Source: Octopus bimaculoides (taxonomy: Eukaryota). From it: a stretch of 48,440 nucleotides of DNA. The stretch lies in contig NC_068986.1 of the NCBI RefSeq assembly GCF_001194135.2, forward strand, positions 62,213,498 to 62,261,937, in the 5' to 3' direction. Every line of letters begins with the position of its first letter. Position 1 is the stretch's first letter. This document shows positions 12,327 through 24,060 of the stretch, in pieces. A program made the position numbers and the translations under genes. Under the pieces are notes generated by a model that saw only the letters and a program-made list of their open reading frames with translations, was not told the origin of the DNA and searched no databases.

Positions 12327-12738
12327 GGATAATTGTTCAGTTTAGGGACATTAAAAAAGTAAATAAAAATCAAGCGGGAGGTAACTAGTAAAGGGACATA
12401 AATAAGTCAACTTACTGTTAAACAACTAATATTGTAGTAAGGCAGCATGGCGAATTACAATTTTCGCACGTGCGTAAATTAGTCGCCGCCGTGTCAACCA
12501 CTGAAGAATCTTGTCTTGTGATTCAGCTAATTGCGTGATATTCCAAGATTGATTCATGGTTGACAATTTCAATTTTAGGAACAATGAATTGCGGTCCGGC
12601 TGGTCTTCCATGTGCCATTCTGATCAATTCCAAAGTAAATAATATCCAATATTTATGTTGACTTATCTGTCCCTTTACTAGTTATCTCCCCTTTAATTTT
12701 TATTTACTTTTTTAATATCCCTAAACTGAACAATTACC
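12327..12738. mobile_element. Non-autonomous TIR element (MITE), Merlin-like
   Basis: TIRs of about 83 bp (12327-12411 and 12657-12738) starting GG(A)TAATTG. The 8-bp flanks TACCTTCA and TACTTTAA match at 6 of 8. The superfamily call is tentative. Confidence 0.7.
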
Positions 12739-13207
12739 TACTTTAAGCTTTGTAATTATCTCAATACTTCTTGCTCGGCTACACATGGATATCTCCGTGT
12801 ATACCTGTACGTAGGTGTATATATGCATGCATGTATTGTGTATATTTTCTTATTAATGGATTTATTTATTCGAGTCAGTGAATTTGTGGAAGAGCATATT
12901 AAGCATATAAGTTTTCTTTTAGTGGCTATTACAATATTTCTGGTATTTCAAGTGAAAGTTATATTAATTGCCCTTTCACTACTCAGTATATTTGGCTTTT
13001 TCTAAGAATTCTCTTACTTTTACTTAACTACATTTTTTTCTCCACATATAGAAAAACTAATTTGGATTTCAGTTACAATTATATTTCGTTTGAAAATTTA
13101 GGCGAGTTTTGTTTTTAGAAGAAATTTATAAAAGTTATCCAACATTTACTTATTTAATTACGTAAAGCATTTTCATGCTATAAGTGTTATAGATCGTTAT
13201 TCCAGAT

Positions 13208-13258
13208 CAGTGGTTCCCAAACTGTGATCCGCAAAGTAGTACTGGAGGTCCGCGAATA
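13208..13258 (+). mobile_element. hAT-type TIR remnant
   Basis: CAGTGGTTCCCAAAC is a typical hAT/Charlie terminus; no partner end found. Confidence 0.35.
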
Positions 13259-13842
13259 TGTTAAGCTGAAAGACCTTTCAATATCCTGGGTTCTGGAGGA
13301 AAACTCAGTGCTTTAAAAAGATACTTAGAAGGGAGATAACTTATGTGAACCGTAAAAAGCCACTATTTAATAATTTTATCTTCTGTGTTTTGTTTTAAAT
13401 CTCGAAATAATGACTGAGATAATAATAATGATGACGACTGGCATTGAAATATAATAAATCAGTAATAATCGTTCTTACTGAGATTTTTTATGGCACAACC
13501 AATTTGTAACGTCTTTATAGAAGTGTAATTATTATTTTATTTGTAGGACATTCCAAGCTACTAACAACTTCGTTATTAAACTTAAAACAAACATGTTGCT
13601 ATTAAAAAAGTTAAATTGTTTAATAAATAAAAATATATCAAGGGGTTATTAAACAGATTATCGCGTCCTTCCCACATCCAGAAAAATAAAAACCAACCTT
13701 TAAAAAAATACACTGGTAACATTCTTAGAAAGTTTATTTTCAATAATAAATTTGAAAAGATTTAACCGACAAGAATATTAATATATTTCTGTTTCGATAA
13801 TTGCCCTTTAATACCAGCCGGTTTTCAGATTTCTACTTCGTC

Positions 13843-13857
13843 ATGCAAAATTGCTAG
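13843..13857 (+). promoter_or_regulatory. Possible 4-codon upstream ORF (ATG CAA AAT TGC TAG), in the CYB561D2 frame
   Basis: Read directly from the sequence. It only matters if the transcript starts upstream of 13843, which is unknown. Confidence 0.3.
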
Positions 13858-13917
13858 ATTTGCAATATTTTAACCCCTCCCATTCGAATCTTTATTACAA
13901 ATCACAAAACAAACACT

Positions 13918-14050
13918 ACGGCAGCCAACAACGGAACGGAGTCATCGGAGTCTTCACCTTTGGTGATTGCTTCTATATTCCTTATGGTTGCACACTTTGT
14001 TGCCGTTCTGTTCACAGGATTCATCATATACACAGCCAGCCCGGGTTCGA
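13918..14050 (+). CDS. CYB561D2: Cytochrome b561 domain-containing protein (CYB561D2-like), coding exon 1; start proposed at ACG 13918, first in-frame ATG at 13984
   Basis: Manual translation: (T/M)AANNGTESSESSPLVIASIFLMVAHFVAVLFTGFIIYTASPGS plus 1 nt, then donor GTGAGT at 14051. Resembles the CYB561D2 N-terminus (AH.VA..FT.F....A.PGS) as recalled. The 3' boundary is firm; the 5' boundary is uncertain. Confidence 0.8.
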
Positions 14051-15531
14051 GTGAGTTATTTCTTTTCAGTTTTACTATAAATTTAAAAAATATTTCTCGT
14101 GCTAATTAAATGTTAAAATTAGAACACATTTTTAATACAAAATATGTAGTCTTTTCTTTTTTGTTTTGTCGCCTGTCTAGTTTGATAAAGTTAAGAATAA
14201 AAATTTCATGATGAAAGTTGAAATCAGTCTTAAAATATTTATGAAATTAACTGTACTATTTTGTCGTTTGTTTGATATTTAGTTCTTTCCGTCTTAGGAC
14301 AGTGAAATTATTCGTGAATTTTTTGGAAGTACATATATTTCTGATGTAATTTCATGAAATGCATTCCTCTAATATATTTGATACGTTTATTAAACATAAA
14401 CACACGTATCAAATCTTATTTAATGAGTAAATTGAAATAATTTAATAGATGCGAGTTAGATATAATTGATACGCATTTCAACTGATAAATTTAATATTTG
14501 AAACTTTTTAAATAGACATGTATTCGGTTGTTTAACTTTATTTTACACATTTCGAGTGGAGTTGAAGAAAATTCATTTGGTGGAAGTGTTTTTGTTTTGT
14601 GAAAATGGAAATCTTGTCATTTCTCCGGATGACATTTTCGAATAGTTATATGAATGTCAGATTAAAATAAGTTCCATAATTTAGACGCATCAATTAAAAT
14701 TATGTTCTGGAATTAATGACTATTAGAATTGTCGACTTCAGCTGTCATTCTTCTATTCAATTATAAAGTTTGTTGTGAAAATTATTCATAAAGACAGTTT
14801 AAAATGAAATGCAATTAAATTTGTTTTCATGAACTTGAAAAATAAACATTTTCCAGCTTAAATTGCAAAAACAAATTCTCACTATTTTGTTGAAATAATA
14901 TTCTTAGATACATACACCTTGTGGTGTACGACCAATTGAGGCACTTGGTGCTGCATTGATGTCTTTTCTTTCTTTTTTTTGTTTTCCTTTTGTAAAACTA
15001 CATTCCTTTTCACTGATTTTTTGCAAATTGTAACAATTATTTTGTACCTCCCAACACTGTAAGTACGCCTTTTGTACATACAAGACGTTCAACTAATGCA
15101 AAGAGTTTGTGGGATATTGCGATGTCCATGTTTTGCTAAGAGTCTAGGTTATAAGTGAAATGCTAACTAGTAATCGAAATCAGGTAAAGTGTAGTCGAGT
15201 CTGAGAGATCCTGCCCCCTACGACATTTATCACTTCATTCGAAAAAATATTATTGCTGTTAAATTAGATTTATCTATGGTTAACCTAAAATTGAATGGCA
15301 CTTAAAATGTTTACATTTGAACGAAATGGAGCGTGGGAATACATGGCGTACGTCAAGTAGGTATATATTTAAGGCATTAAATAAGAAAGTTCGTCGAAGG
15401 TGCGACCCACAATTATCTGATTTTTAATTGTTAATGAAATAACATAAAAAGATGCCCTGTAGTATGTTTTATTCAGATCTACCTGTTCAGAATTTAAAAC
15501 CGTAACTGTGTCAAGTTTGCTTTTAATTCTT

Positions 15532-16085
15532 CTTTAGCGAAGGAAGTTGCTGATGAAGATGTCAACTCTTTAATGACTGTACCGGGTCATTAATCCAATG
15601 ACCATATTATACCTCTAGTGCAATAAGTGACAACAAACACTTGTATCCGTGCGTGAACAACTTCGTATCCAAAGTTTTATTCAGATGCGTAACAAACGAA
15701 TTCATACTGTGAGTACACAATCAAGTTATTTGGGATTGAAGTTAAAGGTTCTGAACATTTTGCCATGCTCCACGATGACAGTGAGAAAATAGGAGGAATT
15801 CAAACTACAAAAATTACTTTCAGATAGGCACTAGGCATAGAATACCATAGCGAGTTGCTGGTAAGAAAGAATATTGAATCCGTATGCCTGGCTCTCTCTC
15901 TCTCTGATGTTAACCTCGTCGTGTCTTAAAGAAGAGGTAGATTCAATTGGAAATTGCTCTTAAGTAGGCGATATTGCTTCTAATGCTCTCTTGTGTGTGG
16001 TTTAGCAGTTAAGTCTTGTATGCTGGCAAAGGGGGAGCTAACCACAGTTTGCTTGGAATGTTCTAGAGCGTTTGACCTGAGAGAT
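15532..16085 (-). repeat. 3' LTR
   Basis: Aligns without indels to 20759-21312 with 13 mismatches by manual count; minus-strand AATAAA near 15675. Confidence 0.88.
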
Positions 16086-16404
16086 AACTGTAGTTGATTT
16101 CCAACTCCCCAGACTGAAAGGAATGAAAATGTTGAACGGTCAAAGAGTTAAACTGTTGGCAATGAAACAGAAAGAGCCTGGAAAAGGGAGAAATCATGGA
16201 AAATGGCAAAATCTAAACAATGCATGCAAATACAAGATTATGTGAATAAAAGACTAGAAACATGTAAAAACAAACACATAGCATACAAAATACATGTAAT
16301 AAAATGTGCAAAGACAAAATGCAGCAAAACAGTTTGTTAAATTGTACAGTTTGTTCAAAACAGTTGGTGTATCAATAAGCATAGTTTATGTTAATACGAA
16401 AAGG

Positions 16405-19400
16405 TGATTAAATATAGATAGTTTTGGACAGTTTATGTGGCCAAGTTACTGTTCTACCACTTAGAGTGACATAAGATGGAGTGGAATGTGGTGTTTGCGA
16501 ATGTTGCTTGGAAGCATGTAAAGATGTTTGAGGCTGATGTGAAGTTGTTGGTGGAGTGAGTGTGACAGGTGTGTCATGTAATGGAATAAGACTTTCAGGG
16601 AAAGCCTTCTTTACTCTGTCAATAGATACAGTCTCTTTCCAACCATTAATGTCCACGGTGAAAAGTTTTGGTGTGTGTGAAAGCACACAGATAGGGCCTG
16701 AGTAGGATGGTGTAAGGGGTCTTACACAGCATCATTCCGCAAAAAGATGTTCATGTAGAGATATCTGCTGGAACAGCAGAAGAAATAGACTGATCACGAG
16801 GTGCCATGGGTGGCAGATCTGAGAAGTAAGAATGAAGTCTGGTGATGTATGATGCAGGTTCCAGATGCAGTGAGTTGACTGGTGCTAACATTTGACCAGG
16901 AAGTGCCAAAGTGGTACCATACAGGAGTTCAGCTGAGGAGTAGCCCAAATCTGCCTTAACAGCAGACTAGCAACCTAGGAGAACGATGGGAAGAAGTTCA
17001 GTGTATCATTGTGGATTTGGAGTCGCACAAGGTGGAGCCTTTAACTGCCTTTGCAATCTTTCCATTATTCCATTTGAGGCTGGGTGGTAACTAGTTGTAT
17101 GAATGCGTTGTACACCCAGCAGCCGTGACAGTTCATGGAAAAGGGAGGCTTTAAATTGGTGTCCATGGTCAGTGGTGATCCTAGAGGGGGTACCAAAGCG
17201 AGCAATCCAACTGGCGATGAGAGCTTGAGCCACAGACTCGGCAGTAATATCTACCAGGGGTATGGCCTCAGGCCATTGGGTGAACTGATCAATACAGGTC
17301 AAAATGTATGTGAAACCAGAACTGATGCGCGAAGGAACCAACAAGATCAATATGGATGTGTCGGAAGCGAGTGTCCTGTGGACTGAACTGCCCCAGTGGA
17401 GCACGAACATACCTATGCACCTTGGAGTGCTGACACTGCAAACAAGAACATGCCCAAGCGGTGACTGTATGACACATATCAGGCCAGAAGAATCGGGCCA
17501 TGATAAACTTCACCACGGCAGCAATGACGATCAGGAAGGAGCAGCTGGGTGAACCAGTGGAAACATCGCAGAGAATGTTCCCCTCAGTGGACTAAAATGG
17601 CAGGTACTCAAACTTGCAGCAGGAAACCTGAGCAGAAGAAATGTAGAGTGAATCCAAGGAAGGCTGGTCTGAAGCAATGGCAACCAGATCAATTGTAGCA
17701 GGAGACAAAAGGGAACACAGAGGAAGCCTAGACAAAGTATCAGCAGGTATTTTGGCAGATCTGGCAATATGGGGTATGTCACTGGTGAACTGAGAAATGA
17801 AGTCCAAGTGTCTGTGTGCCCTTGGTGAGTAATTCTCCGACTTGGATTGGAGAGCAAATGTGAGTGGTTTATAATCTGTGAATATCGTGAACTCCCGACC
17901 TTCAAGGAGGAGGTGGAAGTGTCTCACAGCAAGATAAACAGCTAATAGCTCTCCTCCGAAAGTGTTATACCGTTGGTTCTAATTGGCATGAGCAAACTGC
18001 TAATGGTTGAGTCTGGTGGTTGATCGTCTGTTGTAATACTGCACCAGTAGCACAATTTGAGGCATCAACAGTTAAAGATAGTTCTGTGTTCGCTATAAGA
18101 TGTGCGAGTGAGGAAACTTGAGCAAGATCAGATTTGACAGATTCAAAAGATCACAAAGTGTTGGAAGAAAGAGAAATAGGAGAATCTTTCTTTTTCTTGT
18201 CTTTCAAAAGCTGAGTCAAGGGAAACAACTTGTCTGCACAGTTAGGAATGAAGCAATGATAGAAATTGATTAACCCTAGGAAATGATGTAACTTTTTCTA
18301 TGATGTGTGGGGTGAAAGTTGCTGAATTGCTTCCACCTTTGCCGGCAGAGGCCAAATGCCTTCAGAGTCTATAAGATGTCCCAGGAACTCCAATGAAATT
18401 GTACCAAACACACACTTTGCAGGGTTGACCTTGACATTGTACGACCAGAGATGCTGGAACAACTGAGATAGGTGTTGATGATGATGTTCAACTGTGTCAC
18501 TGGCTATGAGGAGGTTGTCCATGTAAGCAAAAACGGAATTCATCCCACAAACGACTTCATCAATAAACCACTTGAAAGTGTTGGCGGCATTGCGCAGTCC
18601 AAATGACATGGATAAGAACTAGAATGAGCCAAATGGATTCATGTAAAGCAGATAAAAAATCCTGAAGATGAGATAAAGGATATCTGTCGGGTAGTGACAG
18701 CATTGAGGTGTCTGAAATCACCAACCGGTCAAAAGTCTGCAGTGTTTTTTTTTACCATGTGTAAAGGAGACGCCCATGGGCTCATGGATGATTGAATAAG
18801 TCCAAGCTGGAGCTTATGTTCAAATTCAGCCCAAGCTGCCTTAAGTTTGTCCAGTGCCAACCACCGCAGACAGGAAAAAACAGGAGGTCCCATCGTGGAG
18901 ATGAAATGTCTCAATGAGTGAACAGGCTCGGCTGGTTTAAATGACAAGTCAGTAAGCTCTGGAAAAGAAGCAAGCAATGCGTGATACAGGTCCCCTGAGG
19001 TGGCAATGAAGAAGGAAGGACTTACAGGAGTGACAGTAGAATTCTTCATGGGAGTTGATAAGAAGGTTGTATTGTTGAGAAGCTGCTGCCTTCTCACATC
19101 TACCAATAATGAGTAATGGTGTGGAAAATTCACACCCGATATTGGATAAAGTAGATCTGCGATGACAAAAATCCATTTAAAATCTTTACGTAGAGATAAA
19201 TCTATAGATAAAGATATCTGTCCGGATAGTAGAGTGGTTAACAGCATACTAAGAAATATTGGAAGGTTGAGGCCTAGTCAAGGTGAAACATAAGGGCCAA
19301 ATACTGACGCTGGCTCCTGTGTTGACCATGAAAAGTGTAGAGGAGTTGACGTCTCTAACAAAAAATGAATGATGGGGAGTAGAACAAAGCGTGTGGACAG

Positions 19401-20200
19401 CTGACATGCTCAGGGTCTCCTGGTCTAGTTTCCCTGTGGGGAGTAAGAACAAGGCTGTCTACACTGATTGCCTTATCCCTGAATCATTGATGGTACCAAC
19501 ATGGCATGTTAGATGCAGTAATGGCATGCTGGCAAGAACAATGCCTAAGATGATTCCTAGAAAACGATTGGGAAAAAGAGGAATGCACACAACACAGCTG
19601 TGAAACCTGTTGTGCCAAGTCCTTAATTGCTTTCAGGGTTTCTTCTTGTGCTGCCACATGAAGGATCCTGGGTACCTGTAGATAAAGTGATAGCTACTAC
19701 CTTGTCAGCAGATGAGGTAGACCTAGAGAATTCCAGGAACTTCTCCGCAGATGTAGCTATTTGTTCTGGTGAGCTACCCTCTTTCATTGGTGCTAAAATG
19801 GACTGAACATTGGATGGCAGCCGAAAGAAAAATAGCTGCCTCATGAATGAATTTTCTTCTACTGAGCTGTTGGCCAACTCATGAATTCTGTGTAAAAATT
19901 CTGTTGGGGTTCTATCCCCCAAATGTTCGTCCTCCAAGAACATGCGAAAGTGACTCTAGGAGAATTTAGAATTCCTGTGAAGGACCTCTGCCTTTATACT
20001 GTCGTAGGAAGCATCTGGTGTTGTGTCTGTGATTAGGTCTTTGACGGTAAGCGCTAACGGTGAAGGAATCCCACTCAATACAATGTGTAATCTCTGTTGA
20101 GCTGACTGAATGTGATTGGATACAAAGTATCATTCCAGCTGGGCAAACCACATCTTAGGACAGCCATGATAGTGGGGCAGAGTGATGTGACTCATCTTTG
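16405..20200 (-). pseudogene. Disrupted gag-pol of the Gypsy element
   Basis: Gag PKMWFAQLE and LGDRTPTEFL; protease FMVNTGASVS; RT SPWASPLHMVKK, MSFGLRNA and AYMDNLLIAS; RNase H FTIFTDYKPL; integrase HIHIDL, RITTDHGHQF and GIMERLQRQLK. Many stops and frameshifts. Confidence 0.9.
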
Positions 20201-20747
20201 GCAGGAAAAAACGTAACACATGTTTAGAAGAAGGAAAAGACAAGCTGGATTTGACCAAAAACCAGAAAATACACATCGAAGAAAATTCTACACATAGTCG
20301 CGAGCAAACAAGATAACGTCTTCCAACGAGAAAAAATATCAGTAGACAAAGATAAAAGAAAACACAAAGTTGTACCTGACAGAGGGAAAAATGTGTCATG
20401 CAGTGAAATATGGAGTTCGCAACAGAAAAAGTTCATGTGTCTCGAAGACACAGTTGTTTAGCAGCTATCTCGAACACAAGAACACAGTTCAACGTTGCTA
20501 TTAGGAGAAAATTGCACGTGGAGAAAAATGGTCATAGAACAGAGGTAATAGCTATTGTTGTATGGTCAAAGAAATATTTCATGGAGAAATTCCACATGTT
20601 GGGCAGCTTTGAGGTGGGGTTGACTCACGTTATGCATTTCTTCTCATAAAACATCTTCGCGCCATTTCTGTTTCAGGGAGAACCATTCCTGCTCAAAGAT
20701 AGCATACAAACTTTCTCATAATCAACAGGTATGTCCTTTTTTCTGTC

Positions 20748-20758
20748 CAGGGTTACCA
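20748..20758 (-). other. Primer-binding site TGGTAACCCTG (tRNA-Trp-like, imperfect)
   Basis: Abuts the 5' LTR and resembles TGGTGACCCCG. Confidence 0.65.
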
Positions 20759-21312
20759 CTTTAGCAAGGGAAGTCGCTAATGAAGATGTCAACACTTTAA
20801 TGACTGTACTGGGTCATTAATCCAATGACCGTATTATACCTCTAGTGCAATAAGTGACAACAAACACTTGTATCCATGCGTGAACAACTTCGTATCCAAA
20901 GTTTTATTCAGATGCGTAACAAACGAATTCATACTGTGAGTACACAATCAAGTTATTTGGGATTGAAGTTAAAGGTTCTGAACATTTTGCCATGTTCCAC
21001 GATGACAGTGAGAAAATAGGAGGAATTCAAACTACAAAAATTACTTTCAGATAGGCACTAGGCATAGAATACCATAGCGAGTTGCTGGTAAGAAAGAATA
21101 TTGAATCCGTATGCCTGGCTCTCTCTCTCTCTGATGTTAACCTCGTTGTGTCTTAAAGAAGAGGTAGATTCAATTGGAAATTGCTCTTAAGTAGGCGATA
21201 TTGCTTCTAATGCTCTCTTGTGTGTGGTTTAGCAGTTCAGTCTTTTATGCTAGCAAAGGGGGAGCTAACCACAGTTTGCTTGGAATGTTCTAGAGCGTTT
21301 GACCTGAGAGAT
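20759..21312 (-). repeat. 5' LTR
   Basis: Partner of 15532-16085; immediately followed on the minus strand by the PBS. Confidence 0.88.
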
Positions 21313-21610
21313 CTCCCAACGAATATTTTGCGGGCTATGAACCGGTTTCAAAAAGTGTTGCCTTCAGTTCTGATGTTGATTAAATAAGTACCTGTAATAA
21401 AGAGATTAAAGTGACACGTCCCACTCTCTTTGTGTTCAAGTAAAAGAAATTATCCTTGATATATGTAGTAGTGCAAACATGGTTACATACAGGATTGTAT
21501 CTCATATGCAGTTTTAATAATCCTATTAAATCTTAAAAAGAAAACAAAAATGTTATATGTACCAAATATCAATTTGTGTCTAAGGTGATTTTTAGTTCAC
21601 TGTCTGTCCT

Positions 21611-22735
21611 ATCATTCACACACAGTAGTGTGTAAATGATATTTTTAAGGTCACCATTTACTCACTCGCAGTCACTTCTAAATTTTGTCACTAATTCATT
21701 TGTAACCAAATTATATGATGTTTATATTTTTAGATTGGTCACATCCTAAGCTACATTTTCAGCTACAAAATCTGAAAATTGCTTTAGTAGAAAAAAAGTT
21801 TCAGTAAAATATGTGAGGTCAAAAATGTGAGAGTAATGCCTGAAATTGACTTTGAGTCCAAATATTATTCTTCTTTCAAAAGAAAACTATATTTAAATTT
21901 AACTATTCTGATAGATTTCCACTAGAGGAATTCAATGATGCCAATTATGTCAAAAAATGATTTTAAAATTAAAAACTACTGGGCCCAAAATTGCTGCAAA
22001 AAGTGGTAATGCCTAAAATCAAATTCAAAACCTAAAAATTTGTTTACCTCATATGATAGAACTCATCAGAATAAGTGTCGTGGTGCTAATCTTTTCAAAA
22101 AATATCATTCACACACTCCCGTGTGTGAATAATATACTCACTCATGACCACTTCTAGGCTTTGTCATTAACTTTTTTTTTAACTAAATGAGATGATGGTC
22201 ATACCATAAGCTACATTTTGAGCTAAAAAATTTGATAACTGGTTCATAGGAAAAGGTTGAGCCAAATATGTGAGGTCACAAACAGGAGAATAACGCCTGA
22301 CTGAGTTCAAATATTTTTTTTTTTAAATAAATCTATATTTTACTTTAGCTTATGACAGGAATCTATCCATGTTAGTTATATGCAAAAAAATTCAGTAGAA
22401 AAAAAGTGCTGAAGTAAGAACCTGTGAAAAAAAAGATTAACACCTGAAATCGACTTTGACTCCAAATATTATTATTCTTTCAAAAGAAAACTGTATTTAG
22501 ATTTAACTTTTCTGATAGATTTCAACTTCAGTAATCCCTTGATGCTAATTATATATACATAAAAAAATTTAAATAAAAAACTACTGGGGCCAAATGTGCT
22601 GAAAACAGTGGTAATGCCTAAATATGAATTCAAAACCTAAATATTTTGTTTTTGTGTAAAGATTTTATTTTTGTTTAGCTCATATGATAGAACTCACCAA
22701 GACGAATGTTGTGGTGCTAATCTTTTCATACATAT
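21611..22735. repeat. Degenerate local tandem duplication, probably a non-autonomous element relic
   Basis: Shared anchors: ATCATTCACACAC (21611, 22104), AAGCTACATTTT (21748, 22208) and GTGGTGCTAATCTTTTCA (22080, 22711). Confidence 0.7.
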
Positions 22736-24060
22736 TTATTGCAGAAAAAGGTTGCAATTTTAAAAAAGTTTAATCATTTTCACCTAATCAGAAAACAAGA
22801 TTTAGAAGCTGGCATTTTCTGCATAATAGCTGTCTATCACAAAATGAAAGCAAAATCATTATGCGAGGAAGAATTTTTATTAAACAAACGAAAGCAAAGC
22901 AAGGTTGTAAGAACTTCTGAAGTTTCAATAAGTTTTTCGTTTGCTTTTAAACTTTAATTCAATATTAAGAGTAGCAGAATTTAGATTATTATTTCTTGGG
23001 GTAAATTGTCAAGGTTTTTGCTTTCAGATAGTATGATTGGATTTTCAGAGTAGCAAGATTCAGATTTTTATTTTCTGGCAAGTTGACAAGAACAGTAGCT
23101 GAATTGAAGGCTTTATTTTTATTTTGCATGAATTTCACTCCTCCTGCCTTATGGTGGATGCATTGGCTATTTTTGCATTTTAAATAAGTGGATTATATTT
23201 TATTTATAGAAATAGTAGTTTTAAATTGGTTTATGAAAATTGGATTATAATATGGAATTTTAGCATATGTATGAAAACTTCATTTAAAAAAATATTATTC
23301 TTCAAAATTTAATGATACAATATTGCTATTGTTTGTTTCTTCCTTTTAATGGGCACACCTGTAGGGTTCTAGTAATACTGTTCAGAAAAAGCAAATAGGT
23401 AGGTGGCTCCTCATGCCTTAAGGTGGATACATTGGCTACTTTTGCATTTTTAAGATCATTTATATATTAGCTAATGCAATGAAACCCTGTCCAGATAACT
23501 TTTTCTTATTATTAAAATTCAAGAAAAAATGTGAAAATGAAAAAAAAAAAACACAACATAAAATCCTTATTTTAAATTCAATCATCAACAATGAAAAATA
23601 ATTCAAATATTATTTAACAAAAGAATATTTATTAGCTTTATTGCATTGCTTGGAAAAAAAGTGGATTACAATGAAAAATGCAGGTGCATGCATGTTAACA
23701 TTCTTAAGTTGGAAAAGTACAGAACAAGATTTTTTACAGTAGAGCTTGCCTAATTTGTCACCTCTAAAGGAAACTAAAAAGTACTTAAAATTAAAATTCT
23801 ACTGTACTTAATTTAATTTTATTTCATTTTTAAAATACTGCTTTTTCCAAAAATACAGACTTAAATAATTTTGCTTAAATAATTTTTTTCTGAAAATAAT
23901 AAAAATTACTGGAGCTATATATGAAAAGAGTTTCTGAATATAAGCCCATAGGCTTAAAATTGGATGGGCTTACTTTTGGAAAATCCCAGTAATGCTTTTA
24001 TAATTTTTGCTTTAATAAAATATAGTAAATTTTTAAAAATCTTATTCTCAGCTGCAATAT

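Larger units (their letters stand above)
15532..21312 (-). mobile_element. Gypsy LTR retrotransposon with both LTRs, antisense in intron 1
   Basis: 554-bp direct repeats at both ends, PBS next to the right repeat, and gag-PR-RT-RH-IN remnants in Gypsy order on the minus strand. Confidence 0.88.

Noticed and set aside
12823-13005. Hydrophobic 60-aa ORF as a small membrane protein
   Set aside because: F/I/L bias is expected from T-rich DNA; no splice or homology support.
13851-14054. 67-aa TTG-started ORF from the track as exon 1
   Set aside because: Wrong frame; the CYB561D2-like peptide is in the frame of ATG 13984.
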